Below are positions 49,152 to 58,909 of a DNA stretch of 64,000 nt, in pieces (within the stretch, counting starts at the first letter, position 1; every line of letters starts with the position of its first letter). Both the position numbers and the translations under genes were made by a program. Where the stretch lies: the NCBI GenBank assembly GCA_963794315.1, contig CAWCDF010000002.1, forward strand, positions 1,103,285-1,167,284, given 5' to 3'. Below the pieces are notes generated by a model that saw only the letters and a program-made list of their open reading frames with translations, ran no database searches and was not told where the DNA came from. The stretch comes from an uncultured Alphaproteobacteria bacterium (GTDB lineage Bacteria; Pseudomonadota; Alphaproteobacteria; Caulobacterales; Caulobacteraceae).

Positions 49152-50696
49152 CTACCCCAACCCCAGCCGCTCGAACTGGCCCTGCGGCGCCTCGACCGCT
49201 TCCAGCGCGGCGCGAAGCTTGTCGCGGTAGTCCGCCTCGATCGGCTGGCCGGCTAGGTTGCGCTCTTCGTCGGGATCTCCGGCGAGGTCGTAGAGGTGGT
49301 TGCCGGAAAACCGCCGGCCCGCCCAGAACGGCACGGGATCGCTTTCGTCCCAGCGCTGATGGATCACCGGCACGCCAGACCCCGGCATGCGGCCGAGCGC
49401 GGCGCGCTGGTCGGGCAGCGGCATGGCCTCTTCGCGGCTCATCACGTGCGTCGGCATGGTCGACCAGCGGTTCGAGTACATGTCCAGCGGCGCGTTGGCG
49501 CCGGCCGGCGCGCGGGCGTATTTGCGACGCTCGTCGATCAGATGCACTTCGCGACCCCAGACGCCGGTCAGGAGCCAGTCGCGCACCCGGCGCGCCTCGC
49601 CCGTCAGCAGCGGCAGCAGCGAGACGCCATGGGTCCTCTGCCGCACGCCGCCCGCAACGCCGAACAGGTCGGCGAGCGTGGCGAAGATGTCGACACTGGT
49701 GGTCAGCGCCTCGCAGGCGCCGGCGGCCACGCCGGGCGCGGCGACCATCAGCGGGATATGCCCGATCGGCTCGTAGATCGGGACCGGCGGCTTGCCCCAG
49801 ATGTCCTTCTCGCCCAGATAGTGGCCATGGTCGGTACACAGAATAACCAGCGTATCGTCCCAGAGCCTGTGCTGGTCGAGGCCGTCGAGCACGCGGCCGA
49901 GCCAGTGGTCGATCATGGTCAGCTTGCCGCCGTACAGCGCGCGGATCTGGCGGGCCTGGCGCTCGGTCAGGACGCCGCGGGCGACGCCGCCGTCGACGTA
50001 GGGCGGCCAGATCAGGTGCGGCTCCGACCAGTCGGGGTCGTACATGGAAAGGTACGGCTCCGGCGTGTCGAACGGCTCGTGCGGATCGAACTCGTCGACG
50101 AACAGGAAGAAGCGGTCGTGGCGGCCGGCGTTGTCGTCCAGCCAGCGGGCGGCGGCCTGCATGGTGCGCGGGCCGGGAAAATCGGCCTCGCCGCGGAACC
50201 AGCCGCGGGAGTTGTCGTAGGCCATCGGCCGCTCGAAGAACTTCGGCGAGCCGATCCAGCTCGGGTCCGGCCGCGTGCTTCCAGGGGTCGCCCTCGTGGC
50301 CGCGCTGAGGTAGTCCCAGGCCGTGAAGTCGACGTGGTAGTTCTCGCCGCCGACCTCGAACAGGTGCGGATGGTCGCTGATCAGCTGGGTGGCGACGCCG
50401 GCGTCGTGCAGCTGGCGGGTGATGGCGTCCTCCCAGAGCTCGATCGAGCCCCAGGGCTTCCAGAGGAAGTCGAGCGCGCCGCAGAGGATGTCGTGCCGGG
50501 CCGGCATGCAGGGCAGCGAGCCGGTGAAGTGACGCGTGAAGCGCACCGAGCGCGCCGCCAGCCGGTCGAGGTTCGGCGTCGCGAACTCGCGCCCGCCGTA
50601 CGCGCCCAGCATATGGCGGTTGAGGCTGTCGAGCAGGATCACGACAGCGTTCTTTGGTGGGCGACGTGCGGGTCGGGCTGGGCTTGTCTCGGTCAC
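49152..50696 (-). CDS. Formylglycine-type sulfatase; local compensating indels near 50275-50310
   Basis: LLDSL, TPNLDRLA, CMPAR (CxPxR), FDPHEPF, TDHG, LYDL..DP.E..NLA. Confidence 0.9.
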   Translation of the reverse strand: MTETSPARPARRPPKNAVVILLDSLNRHMLGAYGGREFATPNLDRLAARSVRFTRHFTGSLPCMPARHDILCGALDFLWKPWGSIELWEDAITRQLHDAGVATQLISDHPHLFEVGGENYHVDFTAWDYLSAATRATPGSTRPDPSWIGSPKFFERPMAYDNSRGWFRGEADFPGPRTMQAAARWLDDNAGRHDRFFLFVDEFDPHEPFDTPEPYLSMYDPDWSEPHLIWPPYVDGGVARGVLTERQARQIRALYGGKLTMIDHWLGRVLDGLDQHRLWDDTLVILCTDHGHYLGEKDIWGKPPVPIYEPIGHIPLMVAAPGVAAGACEALTTSVDIFATLADLFGVAGGVRQRTHGVSLLPLLTGEARRVRDWLLTGVWGREVHLIDERRKYARAPAGANAPLDMYSNRWSTMPTHVMSREEAMPLPDQRAALGRMPGSGVPVIHQRWDESDPVPFWAGRRFSGNHLYDLAGDPDEERNLAGQPIEADYRDKLRAALEAVEAPQGQFERLGLG

Positions 50697-50770
50697 CCGG
50701 TCCTTTGACTGCGGGCGCGACCCGAGCGCAAGCGGACGGGCGTTCGCACGTCCTTTGGCGCTAAGGCCGA

Positions 50771-52159
50771 CTAGCCCGTCGCCTTCGTCGCCAGATCGCC
50801 GGCCAGCGACTGCTCCCATTGATGCAGCGTTCGATCGACCCGGTCGATCATGTCCTCGATCTGCTCGGGCGTGATGACGAACGGCGGGGAGATCCACATC
50901 GGAAGACCGCGGCTCATCAGCGGGCGACGCCGCGCGCCGTAGAGGGCCGAGTAGAACACCACTCCATTGGCGAGGCCGGTCTCCTGGAACCGCTGCTCAG
51001 CGTGCAGCTCGGAGGGGAACCAGGTGCGCTGTTCGACGTCGGGCTGGGCAAGCTCCATCACCATGAACAGGCCCCAGCCGCGCACGTCGACCACCGACGG
51101 GTGCGCCCTCAGCCGCTCGGCGTGGCTGAACAGCTGCTTGCCCAGCGTCTCGACCCGCTCGGCCATCTCATCGTCTTTCATCACCTCGATGGCGGCGATG
51201 CCCGCCGCGCAGGCCAGCGGATGCCCACCGTTGGTGAAGCCGTGCACGAAGGTGAGGCCTCGCGCGAACGGCTCGTTGACCCTGTCGCTCACCACCGCCG
51301 CGCCCAGCGGCACGTAGCTCGAGGAGATGCCCTTGGCGACGGTCATGATGTCTGGGGTGACGCCGAAGTGCTCCATCGCGAACCACTTGCCCGTGCGACA
51401 GAAGCCCGAGACCACTTCGTCGGCGATCAGGAGCACGTCATTTTCGTCGCAGACGCGGCGGATCTCACGCCAATAGCGCTCCGGCGGCACCACGCCATAC
51501 TCCGAACCGCAGCCGTGCGGCGTTGCAATGAAGGCTGCGACCGTGTCGGGGCTCTCGTAGTGAATGATCCGCTCCAGCTCCTGCGCGCAGACCAGCGCCC
51601 AGTCTTCGCGGCTTAGGTGGGGCGGACGGCGGTAGTCGCTGTATTGGGCGTGCTTCGGCCAGTGGGGCACCATCGGGTCGTAGCGGCGAAGCGACCCCGG
51701 GTTGCCCGAAAGGCCCATCGTCGCCAGCGTCATGCCGTGGTAGGACTCGTAGTTGCTTATGATCTTGTATTTGCCCGCATTTCCCTGGGCGACATGGTAC
51801 TGGCGGGCGATTTTCATCGCCGTCTCGACCGCCTCCGAGCCGCCGGAGACGAGATAGCTGGCGTTCAGTCCCTCGGGGGCGACGCTGGCGATGGCGTCGC
51901 AGAGCTTGGCCCGCATCGGATTGCCCATCGTCGGGTGGGCGAAGGCGTACTTGTCGAGCTGGTCCCTGATCGCCGCGTTCAGGCGCGGGTGGGCGTGGCC
52001 CAGGCTGACCGCGAACGGGCCGCAACTGGCGTCGTAGTACCGATTGCCGTCCTCATCGTAGATGAAGACGCCCTCGGCGCGCGCGATGTTGGCGCCCACC
52101 GGGTGATGGGCGAAGGCGTTGCTCCAGAGATTGCGTTCCAGGACCACGTCGTCGGCCAT
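50771..52159 (-). CDS. Class III PLP aminotransferase
   Basis: [43 protein letters not shown]. Confidence 0.92.
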   Translation of the reverse strand: MADDVVLERNLWSNAFAHHPVGANIARAEGVFIYDEDGNRYYDASCGPFAVSLGHAHPRLNAAIRDQLDKYAFAHPTMGNPMRAKLCDAIASVAPEGLNASYLVSGGSEAVETAMKIARQYHVAQGNAGKYKIISNYESYHGMTLATMGLSGNPGSLRRYDPMVPHWPKHAQYSDYRRPPHLSREDWALVCAQELERIIHYESPDTVAAFIATPHGCGSEYGVVPPERYWREIRRVCDENDVLLIADEVVSGFCRTGKWFAMEHFGVTPDIMTVAKGISSSYVPLGAAVVSDRVNEPFARGLTFVHGFTNGGHPLACAAGIAAIEVMKDDEMAERVETLGKQLFSHAERLRAHPSVVDVRGWGLFMVMELAQPDVEQRTWFPSELHAEQRFQETGLANGVVFYSALYGARRRPLMSRGLPMWISPPFVITPEQIEDMIDRVDRTLHQWEQSLAGDLATKATG

Positions 52160-52327
52160 CTCGTTCTCCCTACAGGCTCGTTTCGCCCTTGAGCGTCCTG
52201 TAACACGAAGGTCGCTGCATGTGGGCGGCCAACGGCAATCGCATACCCCGCCATCGGCGCCCCTTGCCTATTTGTAAGGGGACACGGCGCCCAGCCGCTG
52301 CGAGAGTCCGCCAGGCAGGAGCGGAAA

Positions 52328-54991
52328 ATGCGGTCTACAGAAGATATCCGGGCGGCGACGGAGGCAAGGGTCAAGGCGCGTCGCACCGTGGGGCTGGCGG
52401 TCGGAGTTGAGGGCGACTCTGGCCGGAGCGTGGCCTGCGCCGGGCTGAAGCACATCCGCGAGCGCGCACCCATCACCCGCGATACGTTGTTCGAGATAGG
52501 CTCGATCACCAAGCTGTTCACCGCACTCCTGCTGCAAGACTCGGCGCTCCGCGGCGAGCTGGAGCTCACCCAGCCGATCAACGACTTCCTGCCGGCCAAG
52601 ACCCAGGCGCCGGCGTTCGATGGGACGCCGATCCGCCTGATCGACCTCGCGACCCACGTCACTGGCCTGCCGAGCTTCATGGACACGCCGCCATTCGACG
52701 AAGCTTGGGCCGGTCGATACGGCATCGCAGAGATGTTGGTTGACTTAGCGGGGTTCACGCTCACGCAGCCCATCGGGTCGACCTGGAAGTACTCGAACAC
52801 GGGATTTGGCCTGATCGGCCTTGCGCTGGAGCGGGCCACGGGCGTCGGCTACGAGGCGCTGCTGCGCGAGCGGGTGTTGGATCCGCTGGGCATGGTGTCG
52901 ACCGCGATCACCCTCACGCCGGAGCTGCACGCGCGCGCCGCGACCCCGCACAGCGCCGACCAGAGCCAAACGGTCGCGCGGATCGACATCCCGCCCATGC
53001 TCGCGGCAGGCGCGCTTTGGTCGACGGTCGACGACCTGCTGACGTTCCTCGCTGCGGCCGCCGGACGCACCAAGAGCGCGCTCAAGCCCGCGTTCGACGC
53101 CATGCTGACCTACCGCGCGCCCGCTTCACCGCCGCCCGGGCCGATCCCGATGCGACAGGCGCTCGGATGGCTGGTGATCGAGGGCGCAGCCGGCGTCCTC
53201 GCCGGACACTCGGGCGGCACGATTGGGATGGCGTCGATGGCGCTCCTCGATACCGGCTCGGGCGACGCAGTCGTTGTTCTAGGCAACGCTGTGTCGAGTC
53301 ACGCGACCTTCGCGGTCAGCCTGCTCTGGCCGGATACGCCGCTAGAGGAGCCCGCGATCCCCGAGCCGCACGAGGCGATCGCCCTCGATCGATCGGTCCT
53401 GGCCAGGCTCACCGGACGCTACGAGGTCGCTCCGGGCGTCGAGAGCCTCGTCGAGGCTGACGCAGAGGGCCTGATCTTGCGCCCGCCCGACGGGCCGCGG
53501 CTCCGGCTTCGGCCATACGCTGAGAACGCCTTCTTCAACCCAGCCCACGGCTTCACGGTCGGTTTCGAGCTGCCCGATGCGGGTCCGGCGACCGCCATTA
53601 CGCTCACGGCTGCCGGCGTGCCGACGACGACGGCAAAGCGCCCCCTCGCCGATGCGCCGATCGCCAGCCGGGAAACCCGGGCCGAGGCGATTATCGCCGA
53701 GGCGATGAAGGCCGGGCCGATCCCGGGCGTCTCGGTGGCGATCGAACAAGATGGCAAGATCGTCTACCAGAAGGGCTTCGGCTATGCCGATCTTGAGCGC
53801 CAGATCCCGGTGACGCAGGAAACCCGCTTCCCGGTTGGCTCGATCACCAAGTCGTTCACCGGCTTGGCGGTCATGCAGCTCGTCAACGCCGGCAAGGTCG
53901 ACCTGGACAGGCCAGCTGGGGTCTATCTTCCGGACCTGCCGGAGCCCGACCGGAGCGTAAGCGTCCACCATCTCCTGAACCACACATCGGGCATCCCCAA
54001 CTACACCGATCTGCCGAACTTCCCGATGGCCAATCCTGTCGGCATGACCCGCCAGCAGGTGATCGCCTATTTTGACACGCTGCCGTTGCAGTTCCCGAGC
54101 GGGACCCGGTTCAGCTACACCAATTCCGGCGCCTACCTGCTCGGCCTGATCGTCGAGAGCGCCAGCGGTCAGGCGTACGACCGCTATGTCATCGACCATG
54201 TGCTCACGCCGTTCGGCATGACCGAGACTGGGTTCGACGCCCACGATGACGGCGCGACCAACCGCGCGCGCGGCTACAAGCTGACTGCCGACGGCTTTAG
54301 GCCGGCCCCGCTCTATGACTTCGAGGTTCCCTTCTCGGCCGGGGCGATCGTCTCCACCAGCGGCGATCTCCTGAAGTACCGCGGGGGCGTGTTCGGACCG
54401 GCCACCAGTCCGGCGGTGCGTAAGCTGATCCTGCGCCACGTGGCGCTGCCGAACCAACCGAACCCCTACGCGCTCGGTTGCCTGATCGAGACCAATTTCG
54501 AGGGTCACCGCAAGATCACCCATTCGGGCGACATCTTCGGCTTCGCCGCCGACTTAGCCTACTATCCCGATGACGACCTGACGATCGCCATCCTGACCAA
54601 CACCCAGTCGGCCGCTTTCCCGCCGCTGACCATCGAGCACAAGCTCGCGCGGGTGTTCCTGGGCTTGCCGGCGCCCAGGCTGGTCGATCTGCCAATCCCG
54701 GCCGACCTCGGCGCGAGGCTCTCGGGCGACTATGAGGTCGGCGCAGTCCGCTTCGGCTTCGACACCCTGCGCCTGGTCCACAAGGACGGCCAGCTTGCGC
54801 TGAGCGTCGGCGGGGTGACGAGCGGCGCGCCGCTCTTGCCGCTGCGCTACCAGGGCGACGGCCGGTTCGTCTCGGCGGTGGACGATGAGCACGTCTTGAT
54901 CTTCAAGCCCGAATTGGACGGCTCGGTGGATCTGGACATGCTCTACTATGATGGCTCCACGACCGCGACCAAGCCGGCGCTGAAGAGCTGA
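52328..54991 (+). CDS. Tandem double beta-lactamase-fold serine hydrolase
   Basis: Two motif sets: GSITKLF/YSN/HSGG and GSITKSF/YTN/HSGD. Confidence 0.85.
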   Translation: MRSTEDIRAATEARVKARRTVGLAVGVEGDSGRSVACAGLKHIRERAPITRDTLFEIGSITKLFTALLLQDSALRGELELTQPINDFLPAKTQAPAFDGTPIRLIDLATHVTGLPSFMDTPPFDEAWAGRYGIAEMLVDLAGFTLTQPIGSTWKYSNTGFGLIGLALERATGVGYEALLRERVLDPLGMVSTAITLTPELHARAATPHSADQSQTVARIDIPPMLAAGALWSTVDDLLTFLAAAAGRTKSALKPAFDAMLTYRAPASPPPGPIPMRQALGWLVIEGAAGVLAGHSGGTIGMASMALLDTGSGDAVVVLGNAVSSHATFAVSLLWPDTPLEEPAIPEPHEAIALDRSVLARLTGRYEVAPGVESLVEADAEGLILRPPDGPRLRLRPYAENAFFNPAHGFTVGFELPDAGPATAITLTAAGVPTTTAKRPLADAPIASRETRAEAIIAEAMKAGPIPGVSVAIEQDGKIVYQKGFGYADLERQIPVTQETRFPVGSITKSFTGLAVMQLVNAGKVDLDRPAGVYLPDLPEPDRSVSVHHLLNHTSGIPNYTDLPNFPMANPVGMTRQQVIAYFDTLPLQFPSGTRFSYTNSGAYLLGLIVESASGQAYDRYVIDHVLTPFGMTETGFDAHDDGATNRARGYKLTADGFRPAPLYDFEVPFSAGAIVSTSGDLLKYRGGVFGPATSPAVRKLILRHVALPNQPNPYALGCLIETNFEGHRKITHSGDIFGFAADLAYYPDDDLTIAILTNTQSAAFPPLTIEHKLARVFLGLPAPRLVDLPIPADLGARLSGDYEVGAVRFGFDTLRLVHKDGQLALSVGGVTSGAPLLPLRYQGDGRFVSAVDDEHVLIFKPELDGSVDLDMLYYDGSTTATKPALKS

Positions 54992-55047
54992 TCGGTCGTC
55001 GTTACGCCACCACCTCAAAGGACCTCAGCGCAGCGAACAACTACACC

Positions 55048-55069
55048 CGCTCATCCCGCGAAAGCGGGG
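55048..55069. repeat. Degenerate half family A-like REP
   Basis: CGCTCATCCCGCGAAAGCGGGG between convergent genes. Confidence 0.45.
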
Positions 55070-55081
55070 TAAGTACGGACC

Positions 55082-55465
55082 CTAGGCCGCGTCCGACCGT
55101 TCGGCGGTTCGCGCCAAGGTCTTGGCCAGGCGGACCATCGCGCGGCGCACCTCGGAGTCGGCGATGCGCGCGAAGGAGTCGAGGAGATCGAAGGCGCCAG
55201 GCGTCGACAGGTGCTTGAACATCGGCCCCTCGGGCGACCCGCCGTCCTCGCCCACCAGCGCGGCCACCGAGATGTCGAGCGCACGGCCGACGCGGACCAG
55301 CGTCGAGGCAGAGACCCGATTGTCGCCGCGTTCGTATTTCTGCACCTGCTGGAACGTGAGCCCCAGCGCGTTCGCGAGCTTTGTCTGGCTCAGGCCTAGG
55401 AAAACGCGCCGCGCGCGGATGCGCGCGCCAACCTCGACATCGATCGGATCGGGTCTCGCCGCCAT
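55082..55465 (-). CDS. XRE-family HTH regulator
   Basis: DVEVGARIR...[29 protein letters not shown]. Confidence 0.9.
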   Translation of the reverse strand: MAARPDPIDVEVGARIRARRVFLGLSQTKLANALGLTFQQVQKYERGDNRVSASTLVRVGRALDISVAALVGEDGGSPEGPMFKHLSTPGAFDLLDSFARIADSEVRRAMVRLAKTLARTAERSDAA

Positions 55466-55572
55466 GGTCTGTCTTCCCTCCGTACCCGACTTGTCGCGCC
55501 GGGTCGAAACGACCCTATGCGGCGTCGCTTGTTTTCGCAACGGGGGGTGGGCGCCTGCGGTAAGAGGTCGCC

Positions 55573-56118
55573 CTAGGCCTGCACCAAACGCAGGCCGCGG
55601 CGTTGATCGATCAGGTCGCTGACGGCGCGGACTTGTACGAACGGCGCGACCAGCGCGCGGGCGATCGTCTCGATCGCCTCGATGCCCGAGGCGTCGCAAG
55701 CGTCTCGGCTCAGCGTGTCGCCGATCAGAGTGACGGCGATGTCCTGGTCATGGGCGGCCAATGCCGTGCCGACCGCGGTTGGCGAGAGCGACAGCGCCAC
55801 GATGACGAGCTGCTGATCGAATTGATCCCGCATAGCGCGGCCGAAAGCGCGGCTGGAGAATGCTGAGACGCCGGTCCGATAGTAGACTGGCTCCGAGGGA
55901 AGCGGCTCGAGGCCGGCGATCGGCCGTGGCCGACGGCCGGATGTGCGCTGGTAGACGTGACTCACGCCCCATCCAGTCGCTCGCGCATAGGACAGGAGGC
56001 GACGGCACCTGTCGGCGCGGGATTCCTCATCTGCCTCTTGCGGCCCCGGCGGACGCACAAGGTCCAGGCAGACGACATGGCGCGCACGCGCGGGTGTGGC
56101 GGATCGGTTGTGGAACAT
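55573..56118 (-). CDS. Isochorismatase-like protein with degenerate active site
   Basis: [25 protein letters not shown]; no Cys at the expected nucleophile position. Confidence 0.65.
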   Translation of the reverse strand: MFHNRSATPARARHVVCLDLVRPPGPQEADEESRADRCRRLLSYARATGWGVSHVYQRTSGRRPRPIAGLEPLPSEPVYYRTGVSAFSSRAFGRAMRDQFDQQLVIVALSLSPTAVGTALAAHDQDIAVTLIGDTLSRDACDASGIEAIETIARALVAPFVQVRAVSDLIDQRRGLRLVQA

Positions 56119-56123
56119 CGGTC

Positions 56124-56744
56124 CTATGCGAAGGATGTCTTGAGGTCGCGGAATGCGGTTCGCTCGAGCACGCCGGGCCGGTCCCAGTCCCCTTCGGGTC
56201 TGACGAGGACGAACGGATCGGCATCGATCGAGATGGCGTTGACGGGCGGCTCGAGGGCGAACTCCATCTCCACGTATTGGTAGTCAGAGAAGGAGAACGC
56301 AGGGCGATTGGGCCTGACCCAGCCGTGGAAGCACCGGCGCCAGAAGGGGACGAGCCGCGGCTGCGCATGTCCCATGAGGCGGCGGTAGCCTTTCCGTTCG
56401 GCATGCTGAAACGCCGCACGGGCCAGCATCATGAGGCCAGGACCGCCCCTATACTCCTCGCGGATCGCCAGGCGCTCCAACTTGGCGAATTCGGCGAACC
56501 AACGCAGGCGCACAACGCCGATCGTCTCGCTGCGGCAGCGGAGCATGAGATGGGTGGCCCCGGCGAGATCGTTGCCATCGAACTCCTCGTCGAACGGGCA
56601 CTTCTGCTCACCCATGTAGACAAGAGCACGGACCGTCGCGACCTTGACGAGGTCGTTGAGCGTGCGGGCGACCGATACCCGCATGTCCTGCGCGGCGAGC
56701 GTCGTTGAGCGATCTGCGGCGAGCGGTTTGACGAGAGCGTTCAT
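56124..56744 (-). CDS. GNAT-family acyltransferase
   Basis: VRALVYMGEQKCPFDEEFDGND, AKLERLAIREEYRG, GHAQPRLVPFW. Confidence 0.85.
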   Translation of the reverse strand: MNALVKPLAADRSTTLAAQDMRVSVARTLNDLVKVATVRALVYMGEQKCPFDEEFDGNDLAGATHLMLRCRSETIGVVRLRWFAEFAKLERLAIREEYRGGPGLMMLARAAFQHAERKGYRRLMGHAQPRLVPFWRRCFHGWVRPNRPAFSFSDYQYVEMEFALEPPVNAISIDADPFVLVRPEGDWDRPGVLERTAFRDLKTSFA

Positions 56745-57403
56745 GCGGCCGCGGCTCGTGATCCTGCGAAGGGCTCGAGCCAAACGACGCCCGTTGTCGA
56801 GCCGGGCACCGGCTTGTAGTGCAGCCGCTCGAACATCAGCCTTCGCCCGGCTTCGGTGACCGGGCGGCCGAAGAAGGGAAGGTGCGGCGCGGCCTTCTGC
56901 CGCATCAGCTCGTAGCCGGCGACCACCTGGCGCGCGGCGGGATGGTTGGTCGCCGCGACACCCCAGCCGTAGACGCCGGCAGGTTCTTCGCCCTGTCTAG
57001 TGAGGTGGCTAGAGGCCGGTTCGTAGGCGTTGAACCGGTCGGCGAACAGGGCGCGCAGTCCTCGCTCGCTGAGGAGAACGTAAGCGACCATGGCGGTCAT
57101 CACGCCGCCCTCGCGGTAGACGAAGACGCAAATGCCAGTGCGCGTCTGCACGCGTGTGAGAGTCGCCGACGAAGCAACCTTGCCGCCGATCAGCCGCGCG
57201 GCGAACTCTTGCGCTTCGGCGATCTCGTCGAGCTTAGCCGTCGATACGCCCATCGCGGCAAACGCGGCCCGAATAGCCTCGACTGTGTACATTTCGCTGA
57301 AGTTCGGGGTAACCCTGTCGTCGCGCACCGCAGACCTCGCCTTGCTCGGATGGGTGCGTTCGTAGAGTCTGCTTGGGTGTTCGGGGACCCGCAAAGATTG
57401 CAA
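56741..57403 (-). CDS. Hypothetical protein, possibly GNAT-like fold; real start probably ~57292-57313
   Basis: Protein-like composition; stop overlaps the GNAT start (ATGA); EPAGVYGWG, RPVTEAG. Confidence 0.65.
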   Translation of the reverse strand: MQSLRVPEHPSRLYERTHPSKARSAVRDDRVTPNFSEMYTVEAIRAAFAAMGVSTAKLDEIAEAQEFAARLIGGKVASSATLTRVQTRTGICVFVYREGGVMTAMVAYVLLSERGLRALFADRFNAYEPASSHLTRQGEEPAGVYGWGVAATNHPAARQVVAGYELMRQKAAPHLPFFGRPVTEAGRRLMFERLHYKPVPGSTTGVVWLEPFAGSRAAAA

Positions 57404-57416
57404 GAGGGTCTTGCAA
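57398..57416. promoter_or_regulatory. Inverted repeat between LysR and the divergent operon
   Basis: TTGCAAGA-GGG-TCTTGCAA. Confidence 0.55.
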
Positions 57417-57435
57417 ATATCGAGAGGCCAGGGTG

Positions 57436-58456
57436 ATGGCTGAGGTTGTCAAGCGCCGGACCGATTGGTCGGACCTCAGGCTGTTCTGGGCGGTGGCCGA
57501 GCTTGGCAGCTTTGGGGCCGCCGCGCGTGCGCTCAACCTGGGGCTCACGACGGTCACCCGCGCCGTCGAGCGGCTCGAGGGTCAGTTGAACGCGAAACTG
57601 CTGGTTCGCAGCCCGCAAGGGGTGACCCTCACCGAAGCCGGCTCGGCGGCTTACGATCGGGCGCTGTCGATGGAGCGCGTGGCCGAGCAGCTTGAGCATG
57701 AGATCGTCGACTTCGAGACGACGCCGAAGGGGCGGGTCAAGCTTGCGGCGCCCGACGGTGTCGCCGGGCTGTTCCTTGGCCCGTTCCTGGCGGAATTCGT
57801 CAGGGCGAACCCCAAGATCGATCTCGTCATCGATTGCGGACTTTGGCCGGATCGCCCGCTAGGTGGCGACGTAGATCTGTCGTTGACGTTCGAGGAGCCG
57901 AAGCACCCGGACGCTGTCGCCATCCCGCTCGCTCACTTCCACTTCACGCTCTTCGCATCCAGGGAATATCTGGAGCTTTACGGGGTTCCGGGATCGGCGG
58001 CCGAGATCACGATGCATCCCTATGTCCACCACGTCGGACAGACTCACCACCGCGAGACTTGGGAGCCGCGGTCGGTGGCGTTTCAGGATTTCATCGGCAA
58101 GCGCATCGAGACAAACTCCAGCGCCGTGTCCTTCGCGGCTGTGAAATATGGGGCTGGCGTTGGAACCATGCCGACGGCGATCCTTGCCGTCGATCCGTCT
58201 CTCGTGATGCTCGAGTTCGTCGATCCTGACCACCATCCGGCTTTGGGCGGTTCACCATCGTGACATCGCGCGGTCTGCACGGGTCCGGCGGGTTCTGGGG
58301 TGGCTGAAAGAGGTCTTCGATCCGCGAACCCAGCCATGGTACCGCGCCGAGTTCGTTCATCCCTGCGAGTTCGGACCTTACCTCACCGACGACTCCGCCA
58401 AGCCGCCGCCGGCCGAAAGCGCCGCGCCCAGGCGTCGGCGCACCGAAGCGGTGTAG
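57436..58456 (+). CDS. LysR-family regulator, frameshift near 58230
   Basis: DWSDLRLFWAVAELGSFGAAARAL...LTEAG; continues as IRLWAVHHRD...WLKEVFDP...FVHP to TAG at 58454-58456. Confidence 0.9.
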
Positions 58457-58909
58457 CCTCCGCAGCTATTGCGTCGACCGGTCGACACGGCGGCCGTCCA
58501 GGCCTGGACGACCGATGGGGCCTTTGTCGCGCCGTGGCGGGACGCGGCTGGAGAGCGATTCCCCAGGGCGCTACCCAGGGAGGAGCGGCGGTCCGGGGCC
58601 ACGACCGTGGCGAGCGCGCGAAACGGCAAAGCTTGGCCGCGCAGCCCGCACGGGCGTCAACGGCAAGCAGGGCTTGGCGTCCGCAACCATCACCCGGATA
58701 CCACATGTTACGGAAAAGATAGGTAATCGCCGTTCAGTTAAACCTGATCGGTTGACACCCGCGAACCGGTAATGGAAGCGTCACACGACGCGTTTGCGCA
58801 AAATAAGCGCCGGCGCCTCGGTTTCGGGCGGCGTTTGCGCGTCGCGAGGGCAACAGGCTGCAGCGCTTAAGTCCCGAACGGGACAGCTGCAGACAGGGAG
58901 GGTAAACGG

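Noticed and set aside
27452-58456. Programmed frameshifting or mass pseudogenisation in GH172, DUF5990, alkA, lactonase, GH78, diiron, sulfatase and LysR genes
   Set aside because: No common slippery motif seen, and both halves of each gene keep conserved motifs; assembly error is simpler but needs read-level confirmation
58457-58909. Riboswitch or small gene in the long leader before the TonB receptor (also 61763-61993)
   Set aside because: Only short palindromes seen (e.g. TTTGCGCAAA at 58793) and no recognisable cobalamin or TPP cores; an Rfam scan would settle it
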